From positions 1,818,662 through 1,882,661 of the forward strand of contig OZ253953.1 in assembly GCA_965267335.1 (NCBI GenBank): a stretch of 64,000 nt of DNA. The letters are read 5' to 3'. Under the pieces are notes generated by a model. The model searched no databases, had not been told where the DNA came from, and was given only the letters and a program-made list of their open reading frames with translations. Below, in pieces: positions 30,063 to 39,700 of this stretch. Each line of letters starts with the position of its first letter. Within the stretch, counting starts at the first letter, position 1. The translations under genes were made by a program, and so were the position numbers. The DNA is from Cytophagales bacterium (GTDB taxonomy: Bacteria > Bacteroidota > Bacteroidia > Cytophagales > JAAEPT01).

Positions 30063-33000
30063 TTGCGTAAAATCGTATTACTCATATTAATTATTCTAGG
30101 GAGCACACTTTCCTATGAGGTTTCGGCCCAGCCCAATGTTACGGGAGGGGTTAAGATTTACATAGATAAAGGTGATAAGCTCATGAAAGAGTTTCAATAT
30201 GAGAAAGCGATTCAGCAATATGAAAGAGCACTGAGATTTGATGATAAAAATGATGCCGTCAAATTGAAAATTGCTAACTGCCACCGCCTAAATTTCAATG
30301 ATAAAAAGGCAGAAGAGTGGTATGCAAAGGTTATTGAAAATGAGGATGTCATCACCTCTAAGGATAAGCTCTATTATGCTCAGGCTTTAAAAAAGAACGG
30401 AAACTACGAGGAGGCGAAAAAGTGGTATAAAGCTTATTTGAAGGAAGCAAGAGAAGATCATGTTGCCCATAGCCAGCTATATTCGATTACTCACAAGGAT
30501 CAATTTTATAGAGATACCCTAAAGTATGTGGTTAGCCTGGCCAAGTGCAATTCAATTCATGATGAGTATGCACCTTTTTTGATGAATGAAATCTTGTACT
30601 TCACTTCAGATCGATCGGAGAAAACCTTAAATCATACAGGGAAGCATTCTGAAATATTCTATGTCGGTCAGGATGATTCAACAGATGTCAGGCCTCTGAT
30701 TCCACACTATCCTTATGATTTTGATATGGGGGCATTCGTTCTTTTTGAGAATGGAAACAAAATAATATTTACCCGTACGGTCAGTACAAAAGCCAATGAT
30801 CCGGATAATAACAAGCTCAAGCTTTACGAAATGACTTGGAATGAGTCGGCTAAGGAATGGGAAAACCTTGTTGAGGTTCCGGTAGCGGGTAGAGGACAAG
30901 TAGCCGCTCAACCAGCAATAACCAGCGATGGAAAAACCCTGGTCTTTGTGTCAGACACTACTCGAAGGTCGGACAGCCGAGGAGGTGCTGACCTGTATAT
31001 CTCTCACCGCACAGCAAATGGCTGGTCGACTCCTGTCAATATGGGAGACGGAATCAACACCAATGGACGGGAACACTATCCCTATTTTGTTGGTGACTCT
31101 GTGTTGTATTTCAGTTCAACGGGGCACCCGGGTATGGGAGGAATGGATATTTTTAAAGTTGCACTTACCGGATCCGATTCGGGGAAGGTGATTAATATGG
31201 GCTTCCCAATCAACAGTACATTTGATGACTACGGAATTACTTTCTCACCCGATCAAAAGATAGGATTTTTTGGTAGTAATAGAGATGGTGGTATTGGGCG
31301 AGACGATCTGTATCGCATAGACTTAAAAAAGGTTAGAAAAGTGGTTTTGGAAGGGTTTACCAAAGATATTTCAGGTAACCCAATCAATATGGGGAAAGTC
31401 CTGATCTATGATAATATTACTAAAGAGCAGCTGGGAAGTAGTGATGAAAACGGATACTTCCGGCTTGAGCTGGATGATCAAAAGGATTATGAGTTGGTAG
31501 CCAAAGCTCTTTCGAAGCCTCAATTTTTTAAAATTCATTTTGAAGGCTTTATTAAAGACCTCAAGGACAGTACCCATCTCGTGGAATTAGATATCATTGA
31601 CCCCATGACTTTTGAAAAGGTTAGTAAGGAAATGAAGAACGGGTACCTGACATTTAGCCTGGAAGAAGGTAGAGAGTACAAACTTGACGTAGATGTTACA
31701 AGTATGCCAGGTGTACAGTTGTCTGATGTACATTTTGAGGGATTCGTGACCGGTAATGGACTGCCCCATGTCAACCTGGGTGAAGTGCATATTCTGAACG
31801 CAGCGAATAACCGGATGTTATTCAAAAGTGATGGATTAGGGTATTTTAATTTTAGGGTAAAAGAGAATGAACACCTTTTAATAAAGGCTTTCCGAAAATC
31901 ACCTGAGGATTTCTTTGAGCTGTCTTTTGAAGGCTTTATTAAGGACCGTAAGGATACTAATAATAGGGTGCTCTTGCAGGTGATCGATCCGGAAACGAAC
32001 AAACCGGTAGCCAACACAGAGGGAAAAGGCTTCCTGAATTTTGTTTTGGAGAATGAGAAGGATTACAAATTTAAAGCCCTGGTCGATGATACAACCGGTA
32101 TTGATTTATCTGACATACGTTTTGAAGGCTTCGTAAAGGACCTTGGGATTCCGATAATTGTTGGTGAAGTGCAAATGAAAGAGTGGGAGACTGACGAAGA
32201 AATTTTCAGGAGTGATGACAAGGGCTTTTTTAGCTTTAAAATGAATCCGGGTAAAGAATATGACCTGAAAGTACACAAGAAAAGAGATCCAAAACACAAT
32301 TTCGTAATCTGGCTAGAGGGATTTGTAAAGGATATGGACGATACCTCAAAAACCGCAGTTATCCGTTTGTATGACCCCGAAAACCCTGATCAGTTACTTT
32401 TTAAGAGCGGTAAGGACGGTTTTTTTGCCTTTTCACTCAGAGAAGATTTCGTGTACAAAGCCATAGCAAACTTATTGACCGATAGTACAAAACTGAAACT
32501 AATCGAAAAACTAAAATTTGAAGGTTTTGCCACTGATCCAAACGTGCCTGTTATGGCAGGGAAAGTGAAAATATACGACTCAAAGGCTGATACAGTTCTG
32601 GCTGAAAGCGATGACTTCGGATATTTTACCCTGGCTCTGGACCCAAAACAGAAGTATACTTTTATGGCCAAAAAGGATAATCCGGGATCAGATGGTGCAG
32701 TTGTTCCAATTTTATTCAAAGGGTTTGTGAAGGATCAAGATGATTCTTTGACGTTTGCAAAGCTCACAATTATTGATCCGGAGACTGGCAATGAGGTTAT
32801 TAAAACTAATCTGGATGGGTACTTCTCTTTTGAACTGGAAGAAGGAAAAGAATATGAAGTGCTTGCGGAACCCAGAGACGAACAAAGGCTTGAGCTTCAA
32901 AATGTAAAGCTGATTTTGATCGAGGAAAAATCTGAAATTGAGCAGGTCTTACTTCTCGATAATCTATCAGGTGATTATTTCGAATTGATCTTTGGTAAAG

Positions 33001-33467
33001 GAGTACCTTATTATACCGATGGAGTTAGGGTCCGACACATAGGTGATGAGCACTCAGGAGATAGTATTAATAAGAAAAGTATTGACAGGTTATTGGCCGG
33101 GAACGGGATTTCGGTAAGCGACACATTGGTGTTACATAGCATTTTCTATGGTACCAATAGCATTCAATTGGGACAAAGGGATAAGGATAACCTGGCACGT
33201 TTGGCAAGGTTAATGAAGGAGAACCCTGAAATGAGAGTATTAATATCATCATATACGGACCCAAGAGGTACGGTTGCTTTCAATAAAGAATTAGCTAGAA
33301 GGAGAAATAACTCGGTTATCACCTATGTTTCGAAGCTGGGCGTAGACAAAAACAGAATTAAAGCAATTGCTTACGGGGAGTTTGAAGGCCTCAAACATTG
33401 CGAAAACTGTAAAGAAGAAGAATTAAGTAAAGACAGACGAACAGACATTTTTATTATATCATACTAA
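30063..33467 (+). CDS. OmpA-family protein with TPR, TolB-like (PD40) beta-propeller, eight CarboxypepD_reg-like modules and C-terminal OmpA peptidoglycan-binding domain
   Basis: 1134-aa ORF with a TTG start 3 nt after the PorP/SprF stop, and a signal peptide. TPR helices ('YEKAIQQYERALRFD') are followed by PD40-like blades ('EYAPFLMNEILYFTSDR', 'SDGKTLVFVSD', 'GGMDIFKV', 'GRDDLYRI'). The C-terminus is OmpA ('IFYGTNSIQL...LISSYTDPRGTVAFNKELARRRNNSV...RRTDIFI'). Confidence 0.85.
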   Translation: MRKIVLLILIILGSTLSYEVSAQPNVTGGVKIYIDKGDKLMKEFQYEKAIQQYERALRFDDKNDAVKLKIANCHRLNFNDKKAEEWYAKVIENEDVITSKDKLYYAQALKKNGNYEEAKKWYKAYLKEAREDHVAHSQLYSITHKDQFYRDTLKYVVSLAKCNSIHDEYAPFLMNEILYFTSDRSEKTLNHTGKHSEIFYVGQDDSTDVRPLIPHYPYDFDMGAFVLFENGNKIIFTRTVSTKANDPDNNKLKLYEMTWNESAKEWENLVEVPVAGRGQVAAQPAITSDGKTLVFVSDTTRRSDSRGGADLYISHRTANGWSTPVNMGDGINTNGREHYPYFVGDSVLYFSSTGHPGMGGMDIFKVALTGSDSGKVINMGFPINSTFDDYGITFSPDQKIGFFGSNRDGGIGRDDLYRIDLKKVRKVVLEGFTKDISGNPINMGKVLIYDNITKEQLGSSDENGYFRLELDDQKDYELVAKALSKPQFFKIHFEGFIKDLKDSTHLVELDIIDPMTFEKVSKEMKNGYLTFSLEEGREYKLDVDVTSMPGVQLSDVHFEGFVTGNGLPHVNLGEVHILNAANNRMLFKSDGLGYFNFRVKENEHLLIKAFRKSPEDFFELSFEGFIKDRKDTNNRVLLQVIDPETNKPVANTEGKGFLNFVLENEKDYKFKALVDDTTGIDLSDIRFEGFVKDLGIPIIVGEVQMKEWETDEEIFRSDDKGFFSFKMNPGKEYDLKVHKKRDPKHNFVIWLEGFVKDMDDTSKTAVIRLYDPENPDQLLFKSGKDGFFAFSLREDFVYKAIANLLTDSTKLKLIEKLKFEGFATDPNVPVMAGKVKIYDSKADTVLAESDDFGYFTLALDPKQKYTFMAKKDNPGSDGAVVPILFKGFVKDQDDSLTFAKLTIIDPETGNEVIKTNLDGYFSFELEEGKEYEVLAEPRDEQRLELQNVKLILIEEKSEIEQVLLLDNLSGDYFELIFGKGVPYYTDGVRVRHIGDEHSGDSINKKSIDRLLAGNGISVSDTLVLHSIFYGTNSIQLGQRDKDNLARLARLMKENPEMRVLISSYTDPRGTVAFNKELARRRNNSVITYVSKLGVDKNRIKAIAYGEFEGLKHCENCKEEELSKDRRTDIFIISY
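31347..32912 (+). repeat. Eight in-frame ~65-aa modules in two alternating flavours (A/B) inside the OmpA-family gene
   Basis: Each module starts 'FEGF(I/V)KD' or 'LEGF'. The B type is 'G.V.I.........SD..GYF...', for example 'FEGFVTGNGLPHVNLGEVHILNAANNRMLFKSDGLGYFNFRV'. The A type is 'FEGFIKD.KD.....L..IDPET...', for example 'FEGFIKDRKDTNNRVLLQVIDPETNKPVANTEGKGFLNFVL'. The order is B-A-B-A-B-A-B-A. Confidence 0.7.
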
Positions 33468-33477
33468 TCACTTGAAG

Positions 33478-33918
33478 ATGAAGAAACACATATTGCTAAT
33501 CAGTCTCGCCCTTGGGCTGGTTATGCTGTTCAACCAGCGTAGCAGTGCCCAATGTAGTGCGATCAATTATAAGAACCAGAATATTTCAAAGCTGGCCAAT
33601 GGATTCAAGTACATTCATACTTTTGAATTGGATAAAGGACAGGTAAACTCAAAGGGCGAAATGGAGTTTACTTACATCTTCAACAAGGGCACGTTGTATA
33701 TGATGAATATGTCCAATGGTGAGGGACAAGAGAAGAATATCATAATTGAGCTCTACTCCCAGGACAAAAAACTGGTGGCGACCAATTATGATTCCCGGAC
33801 AGGGAAATTCTGGCCAATCGGGTATGCCTGCAATCAAAGTGGGGTACATTATCTCAAAATTCGTTTTAAAGACTACGATAAAAAATGTGGAATTGTGGTG
33901 TTAGGAGAACGCAAATAA
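33478..33918 (+). CDS. Small secreted hypothetical protein (last gene of the type-B cargo operon)
   Basis: ATG at 33478, with a possible TTG at 33472, only 5-11 nt after the OmpA-family stop. Signal peptide is 'MKKHILLISLALGLVMLFNQRSSAQ'. I recognise no motif. Confidence 0.5.
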   Translation: MKKHILLISLALGLVMLFNQRSSAQCSAINYKNQNISKLANGFKYIHTFELDKGQVNSKGEMEFTYIFNKGTLYMMNMSNGEGQEKNIIIELYSQDKKLVATNYDSRTGKFWPIGYACNQSGVHYLKIRFKDYDKKCGIVVLGERK

Positions 33919-33921
33919 TTG

Positions 33922-35700
33922 CTATTTCGGTCGCTCCATTTCCAACCAGTTTAAATTAAAACCACCACCACTGCACTTAATCTTTAGCTCATGGACACCT
34001 CTGTCTAACTCCAGCTCCCCGGCAATTAAATCTGTCCATTTTTGCCAATCACCCGTAAAAGGAGGGAAAAGCATTTTGTGAAATTTTCCATCAACCCATA
34101 CCTGAAGCATTGTTCCTGTTTTATTACAGCTGGTTCTGAGTTTTAGCAAATAAGTACTTTCTTCCTCGACATGGATATAATAACTCATCCAATCCTTTGG
34201 ATCAATATATCCTATATTTTTTCCGTTTCCGGTATCATTACAGTCTTCGGTTCGGATACCAGACTGATAGTAGTAGTCCTCTGCTTCTATCCGTGATGGA
34301 GCGCTGGCAAGTTTCTTTTGTCGATTCAATACCTGTATTTGTCCCGTAGCTGCAACTGCCCCTGAGTCGGTAGAGGAAATGGCACCTTGCTGGAAGTTTA
34401 TTTTAACTGTATCACTTTGTAAAATGGCTTGCTCTGTTTTTAGTTTTAGCCCTGATTTAGTTATTGAATCAATTTCAAAACGGGTGATTTGACCATTTTT
34501 GGAAATGGAAATTCTATCGGTGTCTATAGAAGAGGCACGCAATGGCTTACTGAATTCAAGGTCAATAATAAAAGGGTCTGATTCGGTTCGTACTTCAATG
34601 AGTTGGGGAGGAGAACCATCAATAAGGTTGTAAACCATGATCTTGCTTGTCGGGGAAGCGGGCTGATTAAATTTTGAAATTATTGATTGACCCGAGTATG
34701 ATAATGTCAATCGATCATTCTTCTCAATAGAGCTATTAAGCTCGAGGAGTACAGTCTGATCGTCTCTGTATGCCCTGGAAATCTTAGTGATGCTGTATTC
34801 TGTGTTTTGAGAGATGATTTTAAAGTCATTTACTGAATTGTTTTCGGCTAAATCAATCGGCTCAGAGAATTTCACACGTACCTGTGTACCAAGATCATCG
34901 GTGATTGCTGATATTATTTTAGGGTTGGTGAGTTCTTTATAACACCGGACGTAGTCTATTTCAAAGTTCTGGGGGAGTAGCTTATCATCAATTTTTTTAC
35001 CCGAAAAATTACTTCCTATTCCAGCGCTGATAATAATGTAGAACTCTTCATTAAAGGGCTTTCTTCCGTCAATATCTTCACTGAGGTTGAATTCATGGTA
35101 TTGTTGGCCATCGAGGAGCCACTTAATTGAGTTTTCATTCCAGAGTATGGTATAAGTGTGCCAGGTTTCCGCGAGATTGGAATCGCAATAGGCATGGTTA
35201 CCTTTGAATTGATGAATATCCCATTGCATGAAGTGGACGGTACCGTAATTGGTAAAAGGAGTGTGCCCATTTGTTTCAAGTATATCGATTTCCCCACTGC
35301 GTGGCCACCAGCCATACTTTTCGAATTGAGGTAACATCCAGAAGGCAGCGCCAATACCATGTCCGGCTGGTATTTTGCATCGTGCTTCTATTTTTCCATA
35401 CTTAAAGTACTTTTTGTTTTGGGTATTAATTCTGCCCGAAGAGTAAAAGAATCCTTTGGCAGGATCTTCTTTCTTTAATACTAGTTTTAGGGTACCATCA
35501 GATACAACTACATTTTCTTTGGTACAATAATCCATTTGACCGGTTCCCCAGCCGCCATTGCCGTTGCCGAGCTCATAATTCCAGTACGTCTCGTTTAGAG
35601 AGTTACCATCGAATTCATCTGCCCATATTAGTTCATAATCCTGTGGGTAGGAAGGGGAGGATAGATATATAGACGATAAAACCAGCAGGAGAAACCTCAT
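33922..35700 (-). CDS. Glycoside hydrolase family 16 (laminarinase/beta-glucanase-like) with Ig-like linker domains and C-terminal CBM6
   Basis: 592-aa ORF with a signal peptide. It has the GH16 start 'LIWADEFDG', the catalytic motif 'GEIDILE' and a C-terminal CBM6-like segment 'IEAEDYYYQSGIRTEDCNDTGNGKNIGYIDPKDWMSY...GGFNLNWLEM'. Confidence 0.85.
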   Translation of the reverse strand: MRFLLLVLSSIYLSSPSYPQDYELIWADEFDGNSLNETYWNYELGNGNGGWGTGQMDYCTKENVVVSDGTLKLVLKKEDPAKGFFYSSGRINTQNKKYFKYGKIEARCKIPAGHGIGAAFWMLPQFEKYGWWPRSGEIDILETNGHTPFTNYGTVHFMQWDIHQFKGNHAYCDSNLAETWHTYTILWNENSIKWLLDGQQYHEFNLSEDIDGRKPFNEEFYIIISAGIGSNFSGKKIDDKLLPQNFEIDYVRCYKELTNPKIISAITDDLGTQVRVKFSEPIDLAENNSVNDFKIISQNTEYSITKISRAYRDDQTVLLELNSSIEKNDRLTLSYSGQSIISKFNQPASPTSKIMVYNLIDGSPPQLIEVRTESDPFIIDLEFSKPLRASSIDTDRISISKNGQITRFEIDSITKSGLKLKTEQAILQSDTVKINFQQGAISSTDSGAVAATGQIQVLNRQKKLASAPSRIEAEDYYYQSGIRTEDCNDTGNGKNIGYIDPKDWMSYYIHVEEESTYLLKLRTSCNKTGTMLQVWVDGKFHKMLFPPFTGDWQKWTDLIAGELELDRGVHELKIKCSGGGFNLNWLEMERPK

Positions 35701-35869
35701 ATATTTAATTTATAAATATTGAGACAACAACCCCTGCTGATCTGTGATTTTTGACCATACGTGAACGATCAAAGCCATAACACTCCTGCTCATGTTACCT
35801 TTTGATAACAATGTAATCGGGGATTGAGCGAAATAACTTAGGCTCTGTTCACTTTAGAAAGCAATGATG

Positions 35870-36457
35870 CTATTCTACGAGAGCTTCTTCTTCGACTTTA
35901 ATGTGACTCCAGTTTTCACCTGATTTGATCCTGTATAGCTGCATCTCACTAATTCCGAATTGCTTAGCAATGATTTTCATCCTTGTCTTTCGATTCGGGT
36001 CGAAAATGAGTTTTTTGATTCGGATGACTTCAGTGCTGGTAAGTTTTTTGCCAACCTGAGGTTTGTTCTCCTTCATCTTTTCTCTTGCAGCCTTTACATT
36101 GGGGCTGTCCTGATAGTGAGCGAGCCACTCTTCCTTATTGGCCCAGGCAAGATTAGTAAAGTGATTGTTCTTCTTGTTGTGATCAAGGTGAATCACGTAT
36201 TCCTGATCTTCCTGTTTTTGCGGGAGAAAGAACTCAGCTACCAGGCGGTGAATGTAGAAATTCTTGTTTTTGCCGTAATAACGTACTCTCAGAGCTGGGT
36301 ATCCGGCAAGAGTGCTTCCTTTGATTAATCGTCCGTTTTCTATCTTGTCGGTATAGCTGATTATCCGTCCGTAGTTGGAAATAGCATACTTGACGTCAGA
36401 TGTCTTACGCTTTAGATTAATAGGATTCCACTCCTCATCATAAAAGAATTTGGGCAT
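35870..36457 (-). CDS. Free-standing NUMOD4 + HNH_3 endonuclease-like protein with C-terminal helix-turn-helix
   Basis: 195-aa ORF. It has a NUMOD4-like 'EEWNPI...YAISNYGRIISY', an HNH_3-like 'IHRLVAEFFLP...VIHLDHNKKNNHFTNLAWANKEEW' and a C-terminal HTH-like 'MKIIAKQFGISEMQLYRIKSGENWSHI'. It is flanked by 170-bp and 312-bp AT-rich non-coding DNA. Confidence 0.75.
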   Translation of the reverse strand: MPKFFYDEEWNPINLKRKTSDVKYAISNYGRIISYTDKIENGRLIKGSTLAGYPALRVRYYGKNKNFYIHRLVAEFFLPQKQEDQEYVIHLDHNKKNNHFTNLAWANKEEWLAHYQDSPNVKAAREKMKENKPQVGKKLTSTEVIRIKKLIFDPNRKTRMKIIAKQFGISEMQLYRIKSGENWSHIKVEEEALVE

Positions 36458-36769
36458 AGCTTTTTGGTTGAATTGGTTGAAGTTATTATTTAGCTGGTGT
36501 ATCAGTTATTTAAGGAGTAATGATACGTTTACAAAGGAAGGGATTTTTTTGCATAAATGCTAGTTTTAGAGCGTTTTAGGTAAAAGACCTAGTCAATTCC
36601 TAATTGTGGTCTGAAATTGTATTATGAGAACATTTAATTGACTTTTTGGTAGTTAATTTGGGTTACTTTTCTTACATTAGCAATATATACCAATAGAACG
36701 CGCTCTCCTAAAAGCGTGTTTTACCAAAGATAAGCCTGAAAGGGCACCTTATACCAAAGAAAGACAGAT

Positions 36770-39700
36770 ATGAAAAGTGTAAAAAAACTCTTTTGCAGAG
36801 TTGCCTATACTATTGTAGGTATATTCTGTGTAATTCACACATCACATTCCCAGGATTTAAATATTTCAGGAGGTAACAGTGTTTCCGTAAGCTTGTGTGC
36901 CAATGGTGGTATTTTCGCTTGGGGGCAAAACTCACAAGGTAATAGTCCGAAATTGTATGGCCGACTTGGAACAGGCAACATGACCGATGACTTTGTCTCG
37001 ACTCCGGTTCAGGTAAACGTACCAGCAGCAGCTTTACCAATTAGACAGGTAGATGCAGGATCTGGAGGACATTTCGTGGCGCTTGGCTGTGATGGCACAG
37101 TTTGGGGATGGGGTAACAATGGGACAAGACAAGTAGGTAATACAACTGCAACAGCTGATGTTGTAACAGTACCTACACAAGTTATGGCCGGTGAAGGTAC
37201 AGATAATGATTCTGATGGTTTTCTGGATGGTGTATCTTATATATCCGGTGGAAATGATGAAAATTTTGCCATACTGGAAACGGGGGAAGTTGTTGCCTGG
37301 GGTCAGAACGATGAGGGACAATTAGGGAATGGGACCTTGATTGATGCTACAACTCCAGTACTAGTTAGAACAGGTCCGGGAGTAACCTTGCAAAATGTAA
37401 TTATGGTTGAAGCAGGTGATCAAACGGGGTATGCCTTGGTTGATCCTGATGGAGATGGTATTGGAACGGTGTATTCATGGGGTGATGGAGCAGATGGACG
37501 ATTAGGACGTGCTGACGCAGGGAATACTTATGCAGCTCCGGTGGTTAGACAGGATGGTTCAATTCTGGACAACATAAAATCGATTACGGGTGGAGATGTA
37601 ATGGCATTTGCTATTGATGAAAATGATTATGTATGGTCTTGGGGACATGGTAGCTGGGGACAGTTAACAGGTATAAATCAAAACTTAAGTCACCCCTATG
37701 CTTTGCAAGTTGTAGGAGGAGAAACAGGGGGAACTTACCTACAAGCAAGAGCAATATCCGCTGGTCAGGGATTTGGTATGGCTGTAACTCTAGATGGGAG
37801 AGCAGTTGCTTGGGGTAATAACAATAGCAATACAAATGGAGGGAATTTAGGGAACTGCGGAACTGCTGGTAGTGGTTCTCCGGTTTACATGAATACGGCT
37901 CCAGGCACACCTATTACTGGTGTCACAAATATCTCGGATGGTGATTACTGGGGGTTTATTACCAGAGACGATAATTCGATTTGGACCTGGGGTGGAAACG
38001 GAGTAGGTCAGCTTGGCTTGGGATATGACGGTGCACAGGAACTATGTTTAGTTCAAATGCCTGCTATTCCTGGTTGCGATTTCCCCGATCCTTCACCAAC
38101 TGCAAATTTGGGTGTGGATACAATTTATACCTGTGCGCCTGTCAGCGAATTGTTAGATCCCAACTTTACAAATCTTAATAACGAGTATGACATTACCTGG
38201 TACCATAACGATGTATCATTGGGTACGAACAAAACTGTAACTCACACAGCCAATGACTTTGGGGAATGGAAGGTAAGAATTAGTTATGTAGGTACAGATT
38301 CACCATGTAGTGCTTATGAAGATGCTCTTGATTCAGTTGTTATACTGGAAAACCCAACAACATTTAGTGATCCCGGAGGTCTTACATTTTGTAGTGGTGA
38401 CATTACCGCCAATGTAGTAGGGAACGGAAGTTATACCTGGTATACTGAGAGTGTAGGTGGTTCTTCATTAGGAACTTCCTCTGGGTCTGGTGATGTGACA
38501 TTTAACTCGGGATTGGTAACGAATGTAGCAGGGACCACATACTCAGTTTTTGTCGAAGAAACAGCCAATGCTGCCGGGTCCGTGATACCTAACGTTCCTG
38601 CAAGTGCCACCAATGTCAGCGGAACGCAATTCACAAATTCAGATATGTTCTTTACTACCAATGAAACTGTAACAATTGATTCCATGGATATATTGTTCAG
38701 ATCCTATAGTGCCACTGCAACCCTAACAATTCAGATGGAAGTTTATGGTTCAATGTCCGCTTGTGGATCTAAAACAGTTGCCGATAAAGGAAATATTTTA
38801 TACACAGGTGCAGCATCTACTGTTCATACTACTACTGTGACATCTCCGGGATGGGATGTTGCAAGAGTCCCGGTTAACATTACATTGCCTCCTGGGACCT
38901 ACTTTATTGGAGCTTCATCTGCCTCATCAATCAACAATGGTGCTGTAGGTTTTGTGAACGGAGAGGCCGGTATGCCAAATAACACAAATGATTTATCAAA
39001 TGGTAATACAGCTCGGGTAGATAATGTCACGGGTGATATTATTTCTGTTTTCGGATCTGATAAAGGTGATTGCCACGCTAATAATGGTGAACTGGGTTTA
39101 TACCACAACTGGCAGTTCAGAACCCTTCCACTGGCCTGTGAAAGGGTGCAGGTTGATATTGAACAATCTTGTCCGTGTGATAACCCGGGTACAGTATCAT
39201 TAAGTCCCGCAGGTCCTATCAGTATATGCGGAGGTAGCCAGACACTAACAGCCACACAAACCGGAACTCATTCCGGAGGTGGATTTGAATATGAATTTTT
39301 CAGAGGGGGTGTCAGTGTGCAAGGACCTGGTGCGTCCAACACCTACTCAGCTTCTGTAGCTGGGAACTATACAGTTGAGGTGACTGACCCAAGTGATGCA
39401 GCAAGTTGCAACGCGACTTCCAATACAGTTTCTCTTACTATTGATAGTCCTCCTTCAGCGGCTGCAGCAGGTACAAACCAAACTCAATGTGGAAGTACAA
39501 CTACGGCTACTTTAGCAGGAAATACACCGGCCACAGGCACCGGAACATGGTCATTGATCAGTGGATCAGGTACCGTAACCACCCCAAGTTCACCGACAAG
39601 TGGTATTACAGGTTTGGGCTTAGGTGCAAATGTATTCAGATGGACAATTAGCAATGGTTCTTGTCCGGATGAAACCGATGAGGTGACTATAACATTAGAC

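Noticed and set aside
31535-32017. 160-aa minus-strand ORF inside the OmpA-family gene
   Set aside because: It is antisense to a strongly supported 1134-aa ORF, has no recognisable motif, and overlaps the internal repeat region.
35016-35360. 114-aa same-strand overlapping ORF inside the GH16 gene, as a possible frameshift or overprinted gene
   Set aside because: The main GH16 frame is continuous through this region and contains the catalytic 'GEIDILE' motif. The alternative frame has no motif support.
35870-36457. Prophage or integrative island around the HNH endonuclease-like gene
   Set aside because: There is no integrase, capsid, terminase, tRNA-adjacent att site or flanking direct repeats within the surrounding kilobases. 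It is a single gene only.
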